Shown here in pieces: positions 53,585-64,000 of a stretch of DNA of 64,000 nt. The stretch is from Blasia pusilla. Its lineage: Eukaryota. Each line of letters opens with the position of its first letter. Within the stretch, counting starts at the first letter, position 1. The notes below the pieces were generated by a model. The model had not been told where the DNA came from. It ran no database searches and worked only from the letters and a program-made list of their open reading frames with translations. The position numbers and the translations under genes were made by a program. The stretch covers positions 28,334,001 through 28,398,000 of the forward strand of contig CM114271.1 in assembly GCA_050084515.1 (NCBI GenBank), in the 5' to 3' direction.

Positions 53585-56500
53585 CTAAACAAGAAGATGC
53601 AGTTGACATGAACACTCTGAAACCTGGCTCCGAAGTCTGGCCCTAGTTGAGAAGGAGATATCTGTACAGCGAAGGTCCAAGATGAATCTGTTACAGCCAT
53701 TCTCAAGTAGGACTTTTCCTCTCGAAACGCTTGCATTTATAATCTGCAAGAAGGGACACAGATCAACCGTCATGCAAGGAGAATTAGCTGTGCTGACTAC
53801 AGAGAACAGTTACTAACAGAGACAAACACGGCAGAAAGTAGGCCCCTGATACATCAGCTAAACATGGTTCACAGAAGACATGACTTATTGCACTAGGCAT
53901 AAGTCACCTTCTGGAAAAAAAATTGAAGGCACATTCTCCAACCAAAGAAAATCTCCTGTCAATTGGGATAAGATGCTGGAAGATTTAGAAGACTCGATCC
54001 AGATTGCTGCTGTGGTAGGGTTTGGATTCACCCTCACTGGATCCTGCCTGCTGTCAGTCTGTTGCACACATCTCGGGGTGCCAGGTCTTCAAGGACAGTT
54101 AAATAATTCTATTCAATTATTAGAATACCTATCTCCTATTAAATACAGAGCAAGTTGATTTTATTCTCTCCAGGTTAGGAAATTCTCTCGTTCATGTGAG
54201 TTCCTTGATCCAACTATGTCAATCTGCCAACAGTCAATCGTTGTGCGACATCCAAGTGGCATGCAGTAGGAGGGTAATGCAGGAAAAATACCTCCGGTAA
54301 GTTACCTTCACCATAGTAATAGTTTCCGCTCATCGAAAGCTACAAAAACAAGAAGATTTCATAGGTACGAAGTTAGTCTTCATTGCAAACAGACAAAGGC
54401 TTTGGTGAGCATGAAATTGTAGCAGACCATGCCGACCGAGGCTTCATGTCCTTTGCAGGAAATCAAACTCAACGATGTTTTGCAGTACCATGGGGGACAC
54501 AGCGATTGACAAATCTCAAGTTTGAGATGGAACACAAGCTTGATGTAAAATCTGTGCTCCCCTTACTCCACATTTCCTATTGAAACTAAAGCAGTGAGCA
54601 AATTTGTGGGTTGCAGCACACAGTCAGAGTTCATAAGCATAACCTTTTGAAGACGTGTATGAGTTTCAAGGATAGTTTTTAGCACTCTGGAGCATGAGTC
54701 CGTAATTTTGTTGTTTGCAAGGGAAAGCTCCAGAAGTGATGTGTTTTGCTGCAACACAGAAATTTACTTTTGTGAGGACCCTAGGCAAGTGGACAGGAAA
54801 CTTGAGATTTCAATATTTTCTCCAAGCAATGCTTGCTCCCTCTATATATTTCATAAATGACAGCAGACTAAGACACCTCAAAGACCGAAGTGCTCAGTAA
54901 GGTTTCTAAGATCCTGGGGTCCTACATATAAACTGTGTAATAGATACCCACCCAGTGGATTATGTAATATCTTCTAAATACCACTTTCATCAGATTTGAT
55001 GGTCCAGCCTTCTGTAAGTGTATTCATTCAGAATGGAATCCAAACCTGGAGCCAATTGAAAATTACGACAGCACCAGCAGCAGTTATTTTGTTGTCACTC
55101 AAGTCAAGCTCCTGCATCCAATGAAAGACCCACAACGAAAATATGAACATTAAAGTCAAAATATGAAATAATGAAAAAAGTATCAGCAGCTTGCTTACTC
55201 TCTTGTTTGTTGAGAGTGCAGTTTATTCCAAAACACATACATGTATACTGCATTGTGTATAGATAAGGCAGGAACTATGTTGAGTGACCATGAACTACTG
55301 CTGCTTTAGACCTGACCTATATTTGTGTCTAATGTTTAACCTATTATTAGGTAACTGTCATTTGTTGCTCTTATGATAGCCTTCGCTAAACTATGTTCTA
55401 AACGTATGAAGAGCTATTTCTGGGCAATAAGCTAATAAGCCAAACAAAACCGGCTGATTATAGTGGGAGTTTATGCTCTCAGGAGTTTATACTGCTGGGA
55501 ACTGTGAACGCTGCTGTTTTCTCTCGCCGATGATCTAGTCCCTCATCTCTCAAACTTCATCGTTGCTGCCTCTCAACCATGTCATGGCACTACCCTGTTT
55601 TCCAAATAAGGAAGAGTTTCCAAATGCTTCAAGAACCAAGTGTGTTGCTCAGTTAGTTGTAATAATCTCCTTACTAAAGAAGCTCTGACGTGACCATATC
55701 AATCACTTCTAGTTTCTGATAAAGGAAAAATGGGCTATTACTCACATTCCTTATCAAGGCCAAAGGAAGATTTGAGACATCGTCTGCTAGTCACAAAAGT
55801 AAGGTTTCAGAGATGTGCACACACGCCTGTCATTTGCTTAACATCTGACAACACAGATTCATAGCAGATTTACTAGCTAGTAAATGAGATGGAAAATATC
55901 AAGGAATCCCCAATCCTTCTTCTGAGAGTTTCTGTTATGCAGGAGCTCTGTGCAAGTTCATATAGTTTTCTTCCATTTCCTAACCTGGATAGAGTCATAT
56001 TGACTCATTGCCTGCATTAAGATCTCCACATCAGTATCCAGCAAGTCGCATCTTGCAAGTTGCAACTTTTTCAGATTCAGAGGGACCGCACTCAGAGCTG
56101 GCACCAGAAGTTCATAAGGAACACCCTGAGCCTTTTCAGGTTCTGGTACTGCAATCCAATTGCCTTGTGAACTGCCAGATTCAGTAAAGAAGGTGCCATT
56201 ACATGCTTTACCAATGTGGTCTGCCTTAGATGAGATTCTTTTACACGCTTTCAAGTTTCCTGCCATCCATCCAACAAGACGTTGTTTCTTCAAGATGGGT
56301 CTAGCACTTCAAAATATAGCTCACGAGTACTCTGTAAATAGATGTATTCAGCCCTTTTATATTCTATCACAACTCATCAAAACTTGGCAAGAATCTCCAT
56401 TTACAAGTCCAAAAAGTATAACGATCAGCATGCTTGTGAGGAGCTGTCAAAAAGAAACTATTGCATAAAGTGAATCATCCCAAGTAATTACCCTCCAGCA

Positions 56501-59500
56501 GAAGCTCCTCAAGGGAACTCGCTTGTATGGAGGCCACCGCATCTTCTGCCATAGATGATCGTATCTCATTCTCACGCACATCTAACATCTTCACAGTCCT
56601 ACACGGAGTAATTGGACAAATCAGGGTTTGTAAAACTACATATTTAGTTCATAAAGAGTGAAAAAAAGCTTCAAACAATAGACAGGAACGCCTTCATAAC
56701 TGAAAGAATCAAGATAAAGGAAGGGATCGAAAAAAATAAAAATTTGATACACCCAGGCAACTGAAGACAGTCGTCCCGGTAATGGATTGATTCTTGTAGA
56801 AATGAGATCCAATTTGGAAACAACTAAGAAGATCGGAAACAAAATGCCCCACTATACTAAAAGCCCCAAAATCACAGAATTGTCAAACTCCTGCAAGCCA
56901 AAACAGAAGTACCTGGCAAAAGGGAGAGCTCGTGCAATGGCTGAGAAACCTTCAGTCTTTATTCCGTTACATGCAAGGCGGAGAACCTGAAGCCTTCCAC
57001 GTTCCAACACACACTTCAACTGTTAGAGCGGAATTACAATGAAATGCAAAGAAAGCTGTATAAAAACACAGGTGTACACCTAGATGCAGGAGTAAGGCAA
57101 GATGGATACCTAGAGTGTGACTGAAGGCTCTTGCTCAAATGAATGGCAGCCTCAGCTGTAAGTCCTGTTTCACTGCAAATTTCACCCACACTTCAAGATT
57201 GGACAACGCTTCATAAAACCCAACCCATTTGAATATCCAGAAAGTTGAATTAGCAATTCTGAACTTGGGTAAAAATCTCAGACTACACAAACTACAATGC
57301 ACAATTTACCCCTCCTTTCCTGGTCCGCTAGGGAAATGGAGACAAATCTCATCAGAAATTTGGTAAGGAAAGAAAGGACTACAGGAAATACTCCTTCTAA
57401 ATCCAATTTTACAAGGTGTGGTGCAATGTAGCTTCAAGTTCAAGGGATCTTAGAAACTCCAAACTACACGATAATGCATAAAGCAGGTATCAGCTGACTA
57501 AGGTCTTCAAAACCAGGTGAGGAGGATCACTTGAGAACAAAGACGATCGAGAGACATTCCAGCTAAACTACGAGATCAGGAATGCCTAGCGCGAACATTT
57601 GATATTCTTACTAAATCAAAGCAAACTCAAATACACTTCAATAGTCAGGTAAGCCCGTGCTATGCACAGGCTGTGTTTTTTCTTAAGAGGTCTCCTCCCT
57701 ATTAGTAGGGGTAGAGGTACCTAAAGGAGTCCCTTGATTCTTCCCTAAACGCAGATCACCCTAAAGCTGAAAGGTTCTAGCCTCAACATGATTCTGGGCT
57801 GAATTCATCCTAAAGGTTACTCTGCACACATATAGAAGTCTTCAAATGCAGAATGAAACAAAGCTGAAAGGTTCTAGCCTCAACATGATTCTGGGCTGAA
57901 TTCATCCTTAAGGTTACTCTGCACACATATAGAAGTCTTCAAATGCAGAATGAAACAAAGAAAATAATTATATAGATGCTAATCTGAAAGAATAAGACTT
58001 GAACTTTTGACTCAAACCAATCCTTTTATCTTGAATTGTTAACAAACCATGAACTATTAGCTAGCACTGCCCAATGATACTGAACCACTTCATAAACAAG
58101 GCAAGGCCAGCACAGTAGATACACGACGCATTGATATAACCTCCCTAATGCCAGACTCACACTGTCAACATAAAATCAAGAAGTCCAGCAAAATAACCCT
58201 ATCATGTCAGAAATAGAAAGAGGGTTCCCTGTGAGAAACCTAAAATTGTAGTCCACATGTGTTTGTTTTCGAGATAAAACAGTTTCCCACACCATCTCTT
58301 TTCTTTACAGAAAGTTTAAGGTACTACTGTCACTCACCTTAAATCTAGAAGCTGCAGGAATGGAAGACTCTGTAGAATCTCTCCAATGACCAAGCACGGA
58401 ATACTTCCATCAGTTAAAGGTTTCCCCAGAGGCAGTTTTGCAAGATCTGTTCAAAATACAAGGTTAGTTGATGTAGCAGCATAAAGTATTTACTTTAAAC
58501 TCTCACTGAATGTCCTAACAGGATTCACGTGGCATTCATAGTCCCATATGAAAGATCTGAAATGTTTTGAAAGTATCAGATATTGATATGCTAATCAAAG
58601 TGGTCATCTAACACGATGAAATGGTTGCATTTTTAAAGGCAAAATAGACCCAAAATCCTCTGAACATGCGGTCAAGTTGTGCAATTTGTAAGAGAAGTGA
58701 ATTCATGAGAAAAAAATTTGAGATGTCTACAATTCAGTTTCAAAATTTCAAGATAAAGAGAAAGAAGATGACGTACTTAAAGATAGAAGACTTGGAAATA
58801 AAGCTAGATATGAAACTAATGACAAGCTCCCAGGAGCACTCATAACCCATTCATAAAACATGGGTCGTACCTGCAGATAAAATCAAAACAAAAGTACATT
58901 TCGAGTGACAATATAATTCAGTAGACTCAAAGTCGTAGTCAACTGCTTACACCACAAAGTTTCAGATGTCTACAATACCAAACACCTAAAAAGATCATAT
59001 GCCATGTTTAGATGTCTGTTTACAGAACCACTATTTGACACGCCACTTCTTCCAGGCTACCAACCGGAAATTAATATACATCTAAGAAGTTAATCTATCA
59101 AAGATCAGGAATCAAAGTTTGTGACAGTACAACCACTCGATCTAGCCTTGGTGCAAGCCAAGGAAATGTTTATGGGGCATCACTAACTTACCGTATGACT
59201 GTATGCATACTTTCCTTTGTGCTGCACTTCTTCAAAGAAGAGTGTGTTACCACCTTCACAGCAAACACCAATCTAGTGAGTTGATTCAGTGGAAGCAATC
59301 TCTTCCATGTAAAAGGGGCCATCTTTTCTAGTTTAAGTGAATGAACACAGGAGTGCCATACAGTTTCTTTAGAATGACCGTAGCAACATTCTGTCTTATT
59401 TCACAGGTACGGTTTGAGAGTGAAAAAGGTGAGCCAAATGATGAAGGTGACCAGCAGACTATTGCGATGAATGACCACTGATTTAAAAAGAACCTGGTCA

Positions 59501-62430
59501 CTTTTACTCTGCTATCACCCAAGCTAAATTAGAGGCTGTCACCCACTAAGTCATAAGGGAACACAGTCACACCAGATATTTACCTCCATCTTGGCGATCA
59601 GCAACTTGCTGTAGCGCAAGTGCAATATACAAGGATTTCCATGATGTAGGTGGTGGACCTTCACACAAACCCCATCCATCATAAGATGGATATCTTGCTG
59701 AGGCCGAGATAGGCATGACAATGTCTTCAAATAAAAACTTCTTGCAGTGCTTCTCCCACAAAATCTCAGTGCCTGCAAAGAGATCATAGTTTCCAATCCA
59801 GCATTTCAATGTACATTGACAGTATCCTTTGACAGCACACTGATGGAGCGTCAAATTCACCATTGGCAGTAAATCATTACGCATATTCTTATGATGCTGT
59901 GCAATGGGGATCCATTGAGTTGTCAAGTCCAACAATATGAACTTACTGAGATTTAGGCCAAGAAAATCCTGTCGTTCTTCTGCATCATAAAGCTCTTGGG
60001 CTGTGAACTGCTCAGCCACACACCAAGCTAGATCCATGGGCATGGACGAAACATCTGGGACATCTGCAGACAACACCTTGGATCAGCTTTTTAAAAGAAA
60101 GCTCTCTCGGAAAACAAAGGTGCAATCTTCTGAAGAAAATCTTTAAGAACGTACAGAGAGTATCAAATGTTGACAAAGTGCATCACAATCAAGAGAGAAA
60201 TCAGCTAAGCCTCTCTGAGATTTATAGTGGACTGGAAACCAGGTCAATCGATTAATCGATCAATCAATCTCACCGCCTCCATATAACTCATATGCTAGTG
60301 CAGAGAGGTATCTTCAATCTTAGATTTGAAAGTGTCAACATCCCATAACCATGCAGATACAGATCAACAAATGCTAATTGAAGCACAAAAATATGCAATC
60401 TCTTCATGACGTATAACACCAGCCTCCAGGTTTTGATAAACCAATCAGTCCCACAAGGATTAGACTTGTCTAATCCTATACCAATCATCCGATGTTACCT
60501 CGCAGATGCCGTGCAACCATAGTTGCACCCACATTGAGAAGATCTTTGATGCCTAGGAAGTGTGCGACATAAATGAGATCCATCACCTGTTCTGGTTTCA
60601 CCTTTGAGTCCTCAAAAGCCAGGGAAATTATGTCAAGTTTGACAAGTACACACATTTGTGCCCAAGTGAGATTATCCTCTGGTTAGTATCTGAAACAGCT
60701 GGAATGCAAGAGAATGAGTACATGGAAGTGATATTCATACTGCTTTTCCACCTTAGACGTTTTAAGAAGCTGGAAGTACCCACATTAACTGCATAGAGCA
60801 TGAATTCGAGATCCAACAAAAATCACAACAAAACAAAAAGTCTAGCTCGCGATGCTGTTCCTATTAGATCAGCAGTGGGAAAAAAAAGTGCAGCAAGTAG
60901 GTTCTAACACAGCCACATTCTATCACATAGAGCAAGAACGCTGTCCATTTCAGAGAACATTTGAGTCTTACGTTAGAGTTTGTAACAAAAGAGTGAAGGT
61001 CCTGGGACATGCCCAGTGCCAAAGAAATGGAGGGCATACATGAAGTCAGGGATACAAAGCAGTTCCGAGTTACAGTACTTGCATAATGTCAGTTCTACTG
61101 ATGAATTAGAAAGAATTAAGAGCTAAAAATAATGGGATGGGGATGCCATATAAGATTAACGAGCAACTCAAACAATCCTGATGGAATCAACGTATTCAGA
61201 GATTCACCTCAAACTGGAAAACAAGGCGCGGTGTATTTGCGCCACCCCAATACTGTGCAGCCTTCATCTTGTTCAGGTGCTCCATGAAAACAAAGCGAAT
61301 CACACAATCCATAACCTGCCCAGTAAAAGGTGCGACTTATAATCACCATATAGAACAGGTAATTAAATTAGAGAACGATAACAGATCAGGTCATCTTCAG
61401 CCGTAATTCTAGCAGGTACAACTGATTTTGCAGGATGAAAATTACACTAGTCACCTCGGGATGAATATCAGGGAATCGTATGATATTCTCCAATTTCTCC
61501 TTGAAAACAGCTGTCAAATTGCAGCCACCAAACAACGTATATCAGGAGCGCGGCAGACACTTTACAACAGAAACACACAAATACAGGGCAGTCAATCAGA
61601 ACTAGCTAAGCAACAAAGTCAAACCTCTTTGCCAAGAACTGGGAAGAACAGTATGAAAGCCATTCACTTTCCAAAGAACAAATGTGAATCCAAAGATACT
61701 TCGATTAAATGACAATGACTTTTTGCCAACACTGGCAAGAACAATGAATGACGTGATTTGTTGTCCCAGGGGGGCCCAAGAGGGAGACGGTAGGTGTGCC
61801 CGGGGTTGAAATTTACCCCCACAAGATTGCACATCCTTGGAAGATCGAGCGCGCAAGACCCCAGACCAGACTCAGCAAATAAAATCAGGATGCCTTCGAT
61901 TTATCCTATGTTCGACTTATTTTATTTGTTTGACTGATCCAGTGACTTAAAACCACTGCCTTTGCCAGTGTGGAGTGTGTGTAGACAGCATTCTAACCAT
62001 CGCTGTGAAGAATCACGTCCACGCACTGAAAGCATTCCACCACCTTCCGCGGGACAACAAACTCAAATTCCCCTTTGCAGATTATGTTGAGGTAGCCATC
62101 TTCAGGTGACGTTATCTCCACGGAGGGGCCGCTAGCCGAAGTCCTTCCTTCAAATATCTCAATATCGTCACTGGCATTCGCAGTTTGGGCGACTTTTTTC
62201 TTCTGTTTCCAGGGCTTTACTACCTCCGTAGCTTTGACTTTATCCGTATGGGTCACTTGAGGACTCATCTCTTCCGATCGAATTCGCTCTCGAGGTCGTC
62301 CCCTCATCCGACCATCTTTTCCACTTATACGGACTTCATTCACTATCGCTTTATCTAATTGCGGATTGTCAAACTCTCGAGAGGTACTGGCACCTCGACT
62401 AGCACCTTCGCCCTCCCGATCTTGCAACAT
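53585..62430 (-). CDS. Multi-exon gene: Elongin C/Skp1-like domain + Elongin A-like BC/cullin-box domain + RNI-type leucine-rich repeats (exon boundaries partly uncertain)
   Basis: Exon translations: YLNIICKGEFEFVVPRKVV; VMDCVIRFVF...FQFE; VKPEQVMDLIYVAHFLGIKDLLNVGATMVARHLR; DVPDVSSMPMDL...TAQELYDAEE; TEILWEKHCKK...SWKSLY. LRR exons: LKKLQLARCDLLDTDVEIL, ELDLSDNKIT, TSLLELSLANNKITDSC, LSMSGN. Flanked by GT-AG sites. Confidence 0.8.
57763..57960. repeat. 97 bp tandem duplication within an intron
   Basis: AAAGCTGAAAGGTTCTAG...GAATGAAAC starts at 57763 and again at 57860; one mismatch seen. Confidence 0.92.
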
Positions 62431-63236
62431 ATTTTACAGAGTCCGATCGTGAACGACTGGACGAAAGTCTTGGCAATCTACTCCGAGAATCCAATGACGA
62501 GAGTCCTTCCTCGAGAGCACTCTACAATCCGGGAATCAGCTAAAAGAACCTTCTCAAGGCAGAGTCCATCCCTCTGCTCTTAACAATCGGGCAACTCCTC
62601 CTACTCCATCCGAAATTCCCGTGGGACTTCTCGACCCGGCATCCACATAAGTAACTTTTTTAATCTTCAAAATGCCAAATCCGAGTCCCTCCCAGCGTCC
62701 GCCACAAGGCGCAGTGAAGCAATTCCTGTCGCCAGACATTGCAATCAAATCTCCTTCCGATCTCTGCCAACCCTGTCTTCATCATACTCCTCAATCTGAA
62801 GAACGTCGATCCGTCGATCGATCCATCAATCGCCGCCAAAAGCCTGTTTGCATTCCAGAACCCCCTCCCCCACTCCACACACAAGAGCGGAGTAGTGCAT
62901 GAGTAGTGCAGAGTACACGTTCAAATGAACCTGCGTAACAAACGACACGAATTGGAATTCAAAGGGGAGATCTCCGCCACTTTAAATTTTACGAAAGGGA
63001 AGAAAAAAGGATGCTCGTGATGCCTTCTCGCCAATTTCCCTCCCCCCATTTTTTCTTTTTATTTTTTCCTAATATTCTTCCTTTCGCCGGCCACTTGTGA
63101 CGTTTCTAGTCTCCTCTGAATTTTTTATTTGATAAATTAATTACTAAGTTATCAATTGAGGGAGACTAGCTTTGGCCAAGTGAAGTATGGAACATTAATA
63201 ATTAGTGAATGCCTTACTTATGGTACTTCAAATTAA

Positions 63237-64000
63237 CTAGTAAGAATGCCCATCTAAGAATGGCATCTAACTTTAATATTCATACTATAATCATATTTTT
63301 TCAATGAGAATTTTAGAAAATTGTATAAATTAAAAATTTCACACAAATGAGTTTTTATTTTTATTTTAATTTAATACTTCATGATATACAACATTCCTAA
63401 TGTAAACATCCATTTTCTTGATGGGATGTTCACTATCTATCATCATATGAATGAAATTCCTCGAACCTACTCTAGATAAGGCAACATATAATTGCCCATG
63501 AGAAAATACAAGGTTTGGCAAGTAGATGCCGACTCTCTCTACTCTTTGACCTTGAGACTTATAAACCGTCATTGCAAAAGCAGAACGGACAGGAGACTAA
63601 AATCATCGCAAATCAAAAGATAAACCATAATGAGATGCAATCAATGGGATGCGTGGAATGAACACTCAAGCTCCAATGTTTTTTCCTATAATGATAATTG
63701 CAGCTATAAGATGTCGACTAAATCCAACAATCGCCATGCGAGTCTCATTCGCTTGTCCAAAAGATCTTTAGTTGGTGGAACTAAGAAATGTTCCCACACC
63801 ATAGCTAGGAGAGAAGGTGTGTTATATAGAAGAATGATTGCAAAGAGTAGATGCAATGAATACCCTATACGAATCACAACTGCCTCTTCAAAGCAAGAAA
63901 ATATCTCTCTGTCATCCTCCAAAAGTCCCATATGAATAGTTGTTTGTTTGAAGGTAGGATAAACTACATCATCTATAGTTCTCAAATCTTGATATGATTG
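63237..64000 (-). mobile_element. Helitron 3' portion (internally deleted Rep/PIF1 helicase) with terminal hairpin and CTAG
   Basis: AFAMTVYKSQGQ...VFSHGQLYVALSRV...RNVVYHEVL (PIF1 C-terminus) and LRTIDDVVYPTFK...GLLEDD. Minus strand ends ATGCCATTCTTAGATGGGCAT-TCTTA-CTAG|T at 63237. Confidence 0.92.

Noticed and set aside
59773-59947. Cys/His-containing insert within ORF 59567-60076
   Set aside because: Bounded by a GTAAGT donor and TTTGCAG acceptor; removing it restores the Elongin A-like spacing, so it is probably an intron that happens to lack stops.

Overview
Eukaryotic nuclear DNA from a plant, probably a non-seed land plant. This is inferred from the nuclear-encoded plastid EF-Tu with transit peptide, GT-AG introns, telo-boxes, a TTP-type CCCH gene and the TE spectrum. 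There are four host genes: NUP62 (+, 6 exons), plastid EF-Tu (+, 2 coding exons), a tristetraprolin/TIS11-type tandem CCCH gene (+, 3 exons), and a multi-exon minus-strand gene that appears to fuse an Elongin C-like domain, an Elongin A-like BC/cullin-box domain and RNI-type LRRs. Between them lie decayed transposons: two copies plus one LTR of a Ty3/gypsy family, Ty1/copia remnants, a hAT transposase, a hAT-like MITE, a CRE-like RLE LINE and a Helitron. The standout observation is that the Ty3/gypsy element carries a complete, now pseudogenised DNMT3-like cytosine-5 DNA methyltransferase (motifs I, IV, VI, VIII, IX, X), in the protease reading frame between protease and reverse transcriptase. 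The same family has a conserved LTR/PBS inverted repeat suggesting tRNA-independent self-priming. All domain calls come from reading motifs by eye; no searches were run.
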